The notes beneath the pieces were generated by a model that made no database searches, was not told the origin of the DNA, and saw only the letters and a program-made list of their open reading frames with translations. This document shows positions 54,751 through 63,326 of a stretch of 64,000 nucleotides of DNA, in pieces. The stretch is taken from contig CAXXFL010000006.1 in the NCBI GenBank assembly GCA_963674965.2, positions 1,120,001 to 1,184,000 on the forward strand, read 5' to 3'. Each line of letters begins with the position of its first letter. Positions within the stretch are counted from its first letter, which is position 1. This DNA is from a bacterium. GTDB lineage: Bacteria; RBG-13-61-14; DATKZS01. A program made the position numbers and the translations under genes.

Positions 54751-56064
54751 ATGAGGGCTAAGATTGGAATGGCGTTGGTTGGAGTTTTGGTTATGGCCGT
54801 GGTGGTGGGGATTGCCTGGGCGCAGTCCGCTCCGCAGCTTATCAATTACCAGGGGCGGCTCACGAACGCGGCGGGGCAGCCGCTTGCGGACGGTACTACC
54901 GTTGATCTGACATTCGCTTTCTATGGAGTTGAAACGGGCGGGACCGCGTACCTCACGGTTTTCCAGGAGGACGTGGTGGTCAATGGCGGTATTTACAACG
55001 TGCTCATCGGCTCCGGTACGGTCACGCCCGGTTCCGAGCCCAACCTGGGCGCTGTCTTCCAGAACCACCAGGACGTGTGGATGGGGGTCGAGGTTGAAAG
55101 CGATGGCGAGATGTCGCCCCGGTCCAGGATCGCCAGCGTGCCTTATGCCTTGAAGGTAGAAGGAGGCTGGCTTACGGCCTTTTACAATAAGAGCGATTAC
55201 GACGGGGACGGTTACTCAAAGGTCGTTGACGGGGCCACGGCCACCACGGATTGCAACGATGTCGACGCCTCCATAAACCCCGGCGCGGCCGAAGTCTGTG
55301 ACGACGGTTTCGATAATGACTGCGACGGCAAGATCGACGGTGATGACCCTGACTGCCAGGGAGGAAGCACTGTCGGCCCAATGGCCCTTATCCCCTCCGG
55401 CTGTTTCAACATGGGCGACGCGTTCAGCGAGGGAAGCAGCGATGAACTTCCGGTGCATAACGTTTGCATCACCTCGGACTTCTACATGGACGTTCATGAG
55501 GTGACCAACTCGGAGTACGCGGCTTGCGTGAGCGGAGGGGGATGCACGGCGCCCGGCTATTCTTCAAGTTATTCTCGCGGCTCTTATTACGGTAATCCGA
55601 CCTATGACAATTTTCCTGTTATCTGGGTTGACTGGAATCAGGCCACGGCCTATTGCGCCTGGGCGGGCAAGAGACTGCCCACCGAGGCCGAGTGGGAGTA
55701 CGCTGCCCGTGGCGGCCTGTCCGGCAAACGCTATCCCTGGGGAGATACAGCTACAGCATGTGTTGACGCAAATTACGATTGGTGTATTGGAGATACCAGC
55801 GAGGTTGAAAGCTATCCTGCTAATGGTTACGGTCTTTATGATGTGGGGGGTAATGTTTATGAATGGGTCAACGACTGGTATCAGAGCGATTACTACAGTA
55901 CAAGTCCCACCAACGATCCTCCCGGTCCCGCGTCAGGTACGTCTCGCGTTTTGCGCGGCGGCTATTGGTTCGGCGCTACGCACGACCTGCGCGTGGCGAA
56001 CCGGGCCGGCACTACGCCTACTCTCCGGAGCTACGACATTGGCTTCCGTTGTGCTGGGGACTGA
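54751..56064 (+). CDS. Secreted FGE-sulfatase (C-type lectin fold) domain protein; putative DGR target
   Basis: Signal peptide; INYQGRL N-terminal domain; DCND...PGAAEVCD..DNDCDG metal-binding repeat; RLPTEAEWEYAARGG, NGYGLYD.GGNVYEW and RGG.W...GFRC motifs. Confidence 0.9.
   Translation: MRAKIGMALVGVLVMAVVVGIAWAQSAPQLINYQGRLTNAAGQPLADGTTVDLTFAFYGVETGGTAYLTVFQEDVVVNGGIYNVLIGSGTVTPGSEPNLGAVFQNHQDVWMGVEVESDGEMSPRSRIASVPYALKVEGGWLTAFYNKSDYDGDGYSKVVDGATATTDCNDVDASINPGAAEVCDDGFDNDCDGKIDGDDPDCQGGSTVGPMALIPSGCFNMGDAFSEGSSDELPVHNVCITSDFYMDVHEVTNSEYAACVSGGGCTAPGYSSSYSRGSYYGNPTYDNFPVIWVDWNQATAYCAWAGKRLPTEAEWEYAARGGLSGKRYPWGDTATACVDANYDWCIGDTSEVESYPANGYGLYDVGGNVYEWVNDWYQSDYYSTSPTNDPPGPASGTSRVLRGGYWFGATHDLRVANRAGTTPTLRSYDIGFRCAGD
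55945..56064 (+). other. Putative DGR variable region (VR)
   Basis: 3' end of the CLec domain; 16 of 20 non-consensus codons end in C/T, as expected from AAY template codons; followed by a hairpin and avd. Confidence 0.65.
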
Positions 56065-56094
56065 TTACTCTTTTGTCCTTTTTAACTCTTACAC

Positions 56095-56122
56095 TTTAAT
56101 GGGGGCGTAAGCCCCCATTAAA
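56095..56122. other. Perfect 12-bp hairpin downstream of the VR (DGR target-recognition hairpin and/or terminator)
   Basis: TTTAATGGGGGC-GTAA-GCCCCCATTAAA. Confidence 0.7.
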
Positions 56123-56134
56123 AAATTTTTAAAA

Positions 56135-56320
56135 ATGAAGAAAGAACTTCCCGCTGTTCAAAAGGCGTATGATCTGTGCAAAGAGGTTTTGCCAAGGGTT
56201 TCAAAGCTTCCAAGAGACGTGAAGTTCACACTGGGAGACCGGATAGCCGACAATTGCCTTGCCGTGCTTGAGATATTGCTTCAGGCCGCCGGCGTTACGT
56301 TTTTCAAGAGGCCTCATTGA
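56135..56320 (+). pseudogene. avd: Truncated DGR accessory protein Avd (four-helix bundle), N-terminal half
   Basis: ELPAVQKAYDL...KLPRDVKFTLGDRI...LEILLQA; the resemblance stops at about residue 51. Confidence 0.75.
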
Positions 56321-56386
56321 TTATCCTCTCACCCCGGCTTACAATAATTTCATGTCAAAGAGGCCAATTAATTGGGGAGAATCTTC

Positions 56387-56635
56387 ATGAAAGACGAGGC
56401 TTTACTGGAGCACATCGTTTTAGACGCCACCGTGATGGCCGGAAAGCCGGTTATTCGCGGGACTCGGCTTACCGTTGATTTCATCCTGAACCTTTTGGCT
56501 CATGGCGCCACCGAGGAAGATATCCTGGCCGAATACAAAAGTCTTTCTAAAGAGGACCTCCGCGCCTGCATTCTGTTCGCGGCCGAGGCCATCAGGAACA
56601 CGGACTTTATGCCGCTGGCCGCTAAAACCGTCTGA
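56387..56635 (+). CDS. DUF433 family antitoxin
   Basis: MAGKPVIRGTRLTV...EDILAEY..LSKEDLRAC motif. Confidence 0.9.
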   Translation: MKDEALLEHIVLDATVMAGKPVIRGTRLTVDFILNLLAHGATEEDILAEYKSLSKEDLRACILFAAEAIRNTDFMPLAAKTV

Positions 56636-56745
56636 TGAAATTCATGGTGGAAGAATGTACGGATCCAGCCGTAGCCTCCTGGCTACGATAGCAAAATCAC
56701 GAGGTATTTTCGGTTTTCGACCAGGCCAAGGGCGCGAATTGGTGA
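56635..56745 (+). pseudogene. DUF5615 PIN-like toxin remnant
   Basis: ATG overlaps the DUF433 stop; MKFMVEECTDPAVASWLR*QNHEVFSVFDQAKG with TAG at 56689, then truncated. Confidence 0.75.
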
Positions 56746-56777
56746 TTGAAAAGGGCGCTCGACCAGCTTCCCGCCGT

Positions 56778-57186
56778 TCAAGGGAAGTATCTATATAAAT
56801 CCTTGCGGTGTAAAAAGCGGACAAAGATTACGGTATCTCCTTCCAAAGTGAATCCCAACCTGTAATCTCCTATCCTGATCCTGTAATGCCCGCCGCTGGA
56901 CGTCAGCTTTTTCATTAGCCTCTTGAAAAAGTCCCGCTTTGGAGTGCGGCGGCTCGACGCCGCTTTTCTTCCGAGCGGCTTGACGCGAGGCTGGCCGTTT
57001 TATTGTAAGGCCTTGTCAAGCCAAGGCCATCGAAAGCGGTCTCAAGCGACCGCGCTCCAAAGCGGCTATGCCGCCAAGAAAAGGACTTTCGCAAAAAATT
57101 CTCATATTACCGATTTGCGCGCTGTTTTCCGCTTGCTTGACAATATCGATGGTTTTACGCGCGCGCCCTTTGTAATCAACCTTCAA
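56778..57186 (-). pseudogene. RelE/ParE-family toxin interrupted by a MITE
   Basis: MKVDYK...KQAENSAQIGNM [insert] KKLTSSGGHYRIRIGDYRLGFTLEGDTVIFVRFLHRKDLYRYFP. Confidence 0.8.
56916..57101. mobile_element. 186-bp MITE carrying an inverted REP-like pair
   Basis: TCAT direct repeats 56912-56915 and 57102-57105; imperfect 19-bp TIRs ending AAAGTCC; internal CTTTGGAGTGCGG...CCGCGCTCCAAAG. Confidence 0.75.
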
Positions 57187-57194
57187 GCGGCGCC

Positions 57195-57392
57195 TCAGAG
57201 AGCTTTCAAGACTTCATCTTCCGAGACTGAATCGGTGTTTATTCCCTCTTCAATGGCATTGGCCATTGCAAAATCCTCGATTACTTCGGCCATCACCTCG
57301 TAAAACAAGTCCCGGCGTTCAGACGGGGCTTCCAGGACCGCCTCCTTTAGAAGCTCCTTGATTCTTTCCTCGCCAAACAATTGTTCAGCCAT
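57195..57392 (-). CDS. Putative antitoxin of the RelE-like toxin
   Basis: Small acidic protein (EVIEDFAMANAIEEG...VSEDEV) directly upstream of the toxin; AAGGAGG SD. Confidence 0.7.
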   Translation of the reverse strand: MAEQLFGEERIKELLKEAVLEAPSERRDLFYEVMAEVIEDFAMANAIEEGINTDSVSEDEVLKAL

Positions 57393-57449
57393 CTTTGTCC
57401 TCCTTCGTAAGCATTTTATCCAAGAATAACCATTTTGTAACTGTATTGG

Positions 57450-57477
57450 TTGACAATAGGCTAAAAATAACTATAAT
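57450..57477 (+). promoter_or_regulatory. Consensus sigma70 promoter for the fic gene
   Basis: TTGACA-N16-TATAAT; GGAGGAG SD before ATG 57511. Confidence 0.7.
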
Positions 57478-57510
57478 AACAAAAGTGTAATCGTTTTAGC
57501 GGAGGAGACG

Positions 57511-59043
57511 ATGGCTCAGGAAGACCCAAAAGAAGCTTTGCCAAGACCCGCAGGATACTCTGCGCTCGTTCAGCGGTACGATCTTGATGTGATCCAGAAC
57601 TGGCATGAGTCTTATATCGCGGCCAGTGGAATCCACCGGATCGATTCCACTGGCGATGTTACCGTTGAGACTTATCCTTCTCAATACTGGCCCGGGGATC
57701 GATTGGGCGACCATCTTGAATTCGCGCTCAAGTACGACGGCATCAACCTCGCAATCCTCGCCAGCCTTTTCCAGAAGGCCGACGAAAAAGAAGTCCTGGA
57801 ATACATTGAATCCAAACCGACAGGTAAATACGCGCGGCGGGTCTGGTTCCTCTACGAGTTCATGACGGGCGGGATTCTGCCGATTCCAGACTTGAAGCGA
57901 GGGAACTATATCGACTTGTTCGAGTCCGAATCGTACTACACGGTGAGCCAGGCTCGCAGAGTAAAGCGCCAACGGATCAACGACAATATGTTGGGAGACG
58001 GCAAATTCAGCCCCATCGTGCGCCGAACCGAAACCCTTCTGGCTTTTGAAAAGGCCCATCTGACCGAGCGATGCCGGGAAGTTGTGGCAAGCTATTCCCC
58101 GGAACTGTTGAAAAGGGCGCTGGGATACCTTTACTCCAAAGAGACGAAATCATCCTTCGAGATCGAACACATCAAACCAAGCTCAACGCGCATAGAGCGT
58201 TTCGCGGCGTTGCTCCGATTGGCGGAGCAAGAGGATTTCTGCCGGAAGGAGCGACTGATCGATCTTCAGAACAATATCGTAGATCCCAGGTTTCGGGATT
58301 CCGACTACAGAGCGAATCAAAACTACGTCGGTGAGACCGTGGCCTGGCAGAACGAAAAGATTCATTATGTGTCTCCGAAGCCTGCCGACTTGCCGGGCCT
58401 GATGGAAGGTCTGCTGGAAGCCCATACGCGGATGGAGACAGGCCAAACCCAAGCGGTGATCCACGCCGCCGTCATCGCCTACGGGTTCGTCTTCATGCAT
58501 CCCTTCGAGGACGGGAACGGCAGAATCCACCGTTTTCTGATCCATAACGTTCTCGCCCGAAGAGGGTTTACGCCCCCCGGAGTTATGTTTCCCGTCTCGG
58601 CTTCGATGCTGAAAAACCCGAGTGAGTATGACGCATCCCTCGAAGCGTATTCACGAAAACTGATGCCCTTGATTGAATACTCTCTCAACGAAGAGGGCAG
58701 CATGACGGTCCACGACGATACGGCCATTTGGTACCGCTACCTGGACATGACGGCTCAAGCAGAAGCGCTTTTTCATTTCATTGATCTGACCATCAATACC
58801 GAGCTCACGAGTGAACTGGCCTTCTTGGCCAATTACGACCAAGCCAAGAAAGCCCTGCAAGAGATCGTGGACTTGCCGGACAGACGGGTCGATCTTTTTA
58901 TCCGGTTCTGCCTGCAAAACAACGGGCGAATTTCCTCAAGAAAGCGCGCGAACCACTTTGACTTCTTGTCGGATGACGAAATCGCTCGGATGGAGCAAGC
59001 CGTCCATTCCGCTTATGGGGACATAAATTCCACGCCTAAATAA
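57511..59043 (+). CDS. Fic family protein
   Basis: HPFEDGNGRIHR motif; ETKSSFEIE. Confidence 0.93.
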   Translation: MAQEDPKEALPRPAGYSALVQRYDLDVIQNWHESYIAASGIHRIDSTGDVTVETYPSQYWPGDRLGDHLEFALKYDGINLAILASLFQKADEKEVLEYIESKPTGKYARRVWFLYEFMTGGILPIPDLKRGNYIDLFESESYYTVSQARRVKRQRINDNMLGDGKFSPIVRRTETLLAFEKAHLTERCREVVASYSPELLKRALGYLYSKETKSSFEIEHIKPSSTRIERFAALLRLAEQEDFCRKERLIDLQNNIVDPRFRDSDYRANQNYVGETVAWQNEKIHYVSPKPADLPGLMEGLLEAHTRMETGQTQAVIHAAVIAYGFVFMHPFEDGNGRIHRFLIHNVLARRGFTPPGVMFPVSASMLKNPSEYDASLEAYSRKLMPLIEYSLNEEGSMTVHDDTAIWYRYLDMTAQAEALFHFIDLTINTELTSELAFLANYDQAKKALQEIVDLPDRRVDLFIRFCLQNNGRISSRKRANHFDFLSDDEIARMEQAVHSAYGDINSTPK

Positions 59044-59149
59044 ACACCGGCTCGGTCATCAGCGGCGCCAGGTGGACCGTCTCCTGGCCCCTCCCGTTCA
59101 CATTGCCCCGCTACCTCGTCGAACCCGCCGCTGGTGACCTTGCCGGCGG

Positions 59150-59284
59150 GAGCGCCTGATGGCTGGGGCCATGCGGCGCGTCCTCGGCGAGACCGGCCGG
59201 TCCTTTCACCTCGAACCTCCTCCGCCATTGGAGGACGGTGGGACGGGACGTTCCCAACTCCTTGGCGATGGCGTTGTTGGATAT
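59150..59284 (-). pseudogene. IS630-family transposase HTH fragment
   Basis: ISNNAIAKELGTSRPTVLQWRRRFEVKGPAGLAEDAPHGPS, similar to the HTH at 22.4-22.5 kb. Confidence 0.65.
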
Positions 59285-59341
59285 GCGGGAGGCCGACGTT
59301 TATCAATCCTCATCAGGGAAAACTAAATGACGCGATTCCCA

Positions 59342-59404
59342 CCCAGGACGGCGGCCGCTTCGCGGCGCTTGCCCTGGGCTGTGATATCTTGCCCCCGCAG
59401 GGCG
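59342..59404. repeat. Solitary REP-like palindrome (third type)
   Basis: CCCAGG...GCCGC-TTC-GCGGC...CCTGGG followed by GCCC...GGGC; single copy in the window. Confidence 0.4.
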
Positions 59405-59647
59405 CGAAAAATCACTTGTAATAGGGGAACTTTGCGGGATATACTGACAACATGAAGCCAACACTGAGCCGGAAAATTTATTTGATTTTGCCGCCATTTT
59501 TTTTTATTATCATTTTATGTCTGGACCAGTACATTTCATTTATTTGGAACGCAAAAGCTTCAGACGCAAAATTCATCAATCTCGAGATTCAGCGATTTCA
59601 GGAGTGCCATCTCCAAAAATATGAAATATACTCCGAGGGTTTAGTTA

Positions 59648-61411
59648 GTTCCAGTTGCGTAACTAGAAAAAGCCAATAAAAACAATGTGCTGTAAGCATT
59701 TTTCGCTTCCCTTTTTGGTCTTGTTATGATACAATAACTCCTTGAAAAATCAAGGATTGACTTGCCGGGATGCTGTGAAGGGGGCGAAAAATGCGACCGA
59801 AAATTAAAATGCAAATGACCATTGAAGACCACGAATTTTTGAAAGCGGGCCATCTTTTCAAACAAGACACTGAGCTTGAGAAGATGAGCATAGCGCTCGA
59901 CGAGGCCAAGGAAATTCTGGAAGCTGTTGCCGATGATCTCCAAAGCGGACTCAAGGAGACCGGCGCCGAGGGGATGAGCGTCGAGCAGGTCCTTAGGAGC
60001 GCGGTCATCTATCAACTCAAGTGTTATTCCTACCGGGAACTCGGCGACCGCCTCGGTTCCGATTACAATTTCCGCAAGTTCACCAGGTTCTTCGGGCGGG
60101 ACATTCCCCATTTCAGCAGCCTGGAGCGGGCGATAAAACGCATCCGCCCCGAGACCTGGGAGCGGATCAACGAAATGCTCGTGGCCCTGGCCATTAAAAA
60201 AAAAGTAGAAGACGGCGAGGCGGTCCGCGCTGACACCGCGGTGGCCGAGGCCAACATCCACTATCCGACCGACGCTTCGCTTCTTTTTGACAGCATCCGT
60301 GTATTGGACCGGTTGATGAAAGGAGCGCGGAAGGAGCTGCCGGGTCTCGGGTTCGAATATCATGACCGGACTCGGCGGGCCAAGAAGCGCGCTTACCAGA
60401 TCGCCATGGGCAAAGGCAAAGGGATCGAGAAGAAACGGGCGGTCTGGTACCGGGACCTTCTCAAGGTTTCGGCGGAAATCTTGGCCATGGCCCGCTCGGC
60501 GCGGGAGGCGCTGGACGAGGCCCTTAAAGGCGGAGAGCTTTATTTCAGCGATGCGGGCCTGGCAACCATGATCAAGAGCGAACTCGATCATTACCTGCCG
60601 CTTTCTGAGCAGTGCGTCGAGCAGTGCGAGCGGCGGGTTATAAAAGGCGAGAAGGTTCCCGCGCAAGAGAAGGTGGTTTCCGTTTTCGAGCCGCACGTTG
60701 ATATCATCCGGAGAGGCAAGACCATGAGCCCGACCGAGTTCGGTCACAAGGTGATGGCGGCGACGGGAAGGTCGGGGATTGTGCTTCAATATAAAGTGTG
60801 CGAGGGCAACCCTTCCGACGCCGACCTTTTCGAGGACATTTTGCAAAAACACGTCCGCCTGTTCGGCAAGGCTCCACGCGAGTTTACCGGCGACCGCCGC
60901 TTCTATCATGAGGACAATGAGAAGCTTGCGACCGAAGGTCCTTATTATATCGAGCGCCTGGCCATTCCCAAGCCCGGCAAAAGGAGTTCGGAGCGGATCG
61001 AGCACGAGCGTCAGCGCTGGTTCAAGAAGCTTCTTCGCTTCCGGGCCGGGATCGAGGGCGGCCTTTCCGCCCTTCTTCGCGGCTTCGGTCTGAGCCGATG
61101 CCTGTGGAGAGGTTTCGAGAGCTTCAAGTCCTGGGTGGGTCTTTCGTTCTTTGCCTGGAACCTTCGAAAACTCGCGCTGCTGACTTAGCCGCCGCCGGGC
61201 GCGCCCCTGTGGGGGCAATGAAAAACGGAAATGAAAAACAGCAAAAGGAGAGGTGTTTTTTGAAAGGATAGAAAAGGGCCGGCTCAGGCATTCAACTCGC
61301 CTGAAAGCGTTAAAATCTTTTCCGTCCTTTATGGACGCCCTGAAAATCTGCATGTCCATATCCTCTCCGCACCGCATAATGAAAGCCATTAAGCAGTTGT
61401 GCAACAGAAAC
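59648..61411 (+). mobile_element. Complete insertion sequence (ISNCY/IS5-like), 1764 bp
   Basis: 17-bp TIRs GTTCCAGTTGCGTAACT / GTTTCTGTTGCACAACT (13/17); TAGTTA direct repeats 59642-59647 and 61412-61417. Confidence 0.85.
59791..61188 (+). CDS. DDE transposase (ISNCY/IS5-like)
   Basis: RADTAVAEANIHYPTD, EKVVSVFEPH, EFGHK, GDRRF and FRAGIEGGLS motifs. Confidence 0.9.
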   Translation: MRPKIKMQMTIEDHEFLKAGHLFKQDTELEKMSIALDEAKEILEAVADDLQSGLKETGAEGMSVEQVLRSAVIYQLKCYSYRELGDRLGSDYNFRKFTRFFGRDIPHFSSLERAIKRIRPETWERINEMLVALAIKKKVEDGEAVRADTAVAEANIHYPTDASLLFDSIRVLDRLMKGARKELPGLGFEYHDRTRRAKKRAYQIAMGKGKGIEKKRAVWYRDLLKVSAEILAMARSAREALDEALKGGELYFSDAGLATMIKSELDHYLPLSEQCVEQCERRVIKGEKVPAQEKVVSVFEPHVDIIRRGKTMSPTEFGHKVMAATGRSGIVLQYKVCEGNPSDADLFEDILQKHVRLFGKAPREFTGDRRFYHEDNEKLATEGPYYIERLAIPKPGKRSSERIEHERQRWFKKLLRFRAGIEGGLSALLRGFGLSRCLWRGFESFKSWVGLSFFAWNLRKLALLT

Positions 61412-61414
61412 TAG

Positions 61415-62364
61415 TTAACGGGAAACATCGATATTTTATGCATTAACTGCGAAGGAGATCTTGTAGTCGTAGAGCTAAAGAAGAAAAAGACTCCAAGGGA
61501 GGTTGTAGCCCAGGCCCTTGATTATTGCGCCTGCATCAAGGATTGGCCGAACGAAAAAGTGTTGGACGTTGCATCGAATCTTTATCAAAATGAGGACGGA
61601 TTCATCAAGGCTTTCCGCTCTAAGTTCGAGACAGAAGGCATTCCAGAAGTTCTTAACAACCAACAGAAAATCTATATAATGGGAGCTGAGATCGACGCCA
61701 CAACTGAAAGGATCATCGAGTATCTATCAGATGTTTATGGCGTTGGAATAAACGCGGCAACATTCCAGATGTTCAAGGGAAAAGCTGGTGCTTTCATGAC
61801 AAGAATTTATACAAAGACGCCTGAAGAGGTTGATTATAGCGCCAAGACGAAACACAAAAGTAAAAAGACACCACCTCCAACTATAGAGATGTTCCAAGAG
61901 GCGGCAAAGAAGGCCGGCTTTGAGGAAGTCTATAATCACCTATTTGAATGGGCTAGTTATGAATTTGATACCATTCACAGAAGAAAAGCTAGTGTTGCTT
62001 TTAATCTCGAAAAAGCAGTTGTTTTTAACCTTTCGCCCTTTCCGGAATGGAGCGATCCAGAATACGGTCTTAATGCCGGTATTTACGTTGATAGGCTAGC
62101 AAAATATTGTGATGTTAAAAGCGAGGTAATAATGAAATATATTCCAAAAGAAATCGAGAAAGTGGAGTTGAATGAATATGAAGCCAATTTTTATGGGGCC
62201 TATTATCAGGTTTGGTTTAAGACAATGGATGAAGCGGAGAAGTTTACCAAAGGTATCACAAATCTTTTCAGAAAAGTGGAAGGGGGAGGCAATATTGTGA
62301 AATATAATCCAAATTGCGCAATAAATCAACGCTGCTTAACACTGTTAATTTGTCTACATTGCAA
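61415..62364 (+). pseudogene. 5'-truncated NucS/DUF91-like PD-(D/E)XK nuclease
   Basis: Frame upstream of ORF 61559 reads GNIDILCINCEGDLVVVELKKKKTPREVVAQALDY; no N-terminus; the 3' end runs into an IS4 end. Confidence 0.7.
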
Positions 62365-62773
62365 CACTGCTGTCCAAAATAGGACGGACCTTTCCTTTGC
62401 CCCATTAAAAAACGGGGATTTAGATGGTCAAACTATGGGTTTTCAGGTTGAGGTTATCCCTTTTTTTTCCGCCGGGGCTGTCCAAGACCGCTGATGGGAA
62501 GATATAGTTGCTCGGGTTTGGGCACGATCGGCTCCACGCCGAAGGGATTGTGCAGCCATTCCGTCAAATCCCGATAAGTAAAGAGGTTCAGCCGCGGCAT
62601 GGAGGCCAGGTTCGAGAACGACCAGCCGGCCATGGATATGTAATGGAGCCACTTTAAAATAAGGATGGCGATCAAGGCTGTCCAAATCTGGATGAGCGGC
62701 GCGTTCTCGCTCGTGCCCACGAAGGACTTGATTTTGAGGTTTTGTTTCAGGGCCTTGAAGAATATCTCGATCT
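62365..62773 (-). mobile_element. IS4-family remnant (transposase C-terminus plus terminal repeat)
   Basis: IEIFFKALKQNLKIKSFVGTSENA..IQIWTALI; terminus TTTTGGACAGCAGTG on the minus strand. Confidence 0.8.
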
Positions 62774-62778
62774 TGGCG

Positions 62779-63253
62779 CCGGGGCCGTGAACGCCCGGCT
62801 CGACTCGGAGCCAGGCGGCGAGGACCAGGCGAAATTATCGAACGCCTCTATACTTCACCTGGCGGTTGGCCGCCGCGACAAGGACATAGCCCGGACCCTG
62901 ATCGAGCATGGGGCCGACCCTAACGCCGGAGATTGCCGCGCCGAGTTCATGGGTAATTCCCACGAGGATATAACGCCCCTTCAACTGGCCTTGCTTGCCG
63001 AGCGCGAAATATCCATCGACATGCTCGAGACCCTTCTAGAGGGGGGAGACGGCCTCGAGAAGACGGACTCCCTGGGCCGAACCGCTCTGATGTACGCCGC
63101 GTACGGAGGATCAAAGGACGCGATCGAGTTTCTCCTTGAAAGAGGCGCCGATCCCGACGCAAGGATAACGCGGGCAAATCCCCTCTCGACCTCGCTAGAG
63201 AACTCGGCAACCCCGGCCTGATTAGCGCTGGAGGAATCATGCGGGGAGAATGA
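62779..63253 (+). pseudogene. Ankyrin-repeat gene fragment with frameshift
   Basis: ILHLAV...GADPN, GRTALMYAA...GADPDA; the continuation KDNAGKSPLDLA is in another frame; 5' end abuts the IS4 remnant. Confidence 0.75.
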
Positions 63254-63326
63254 ATAAATTGATTTTAGAGCCGCGACGGCCGATCGGTTTTTTTACCTTC
63301 TCATTTTCGCGATAGCGCGATTGACG

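Noticed and set aside
56689-56691. In-frame TAG as pyrrolysine or readthrough
   Set aside because: The gene is also truncated shortly afterwards, so ordinary decay explains it.
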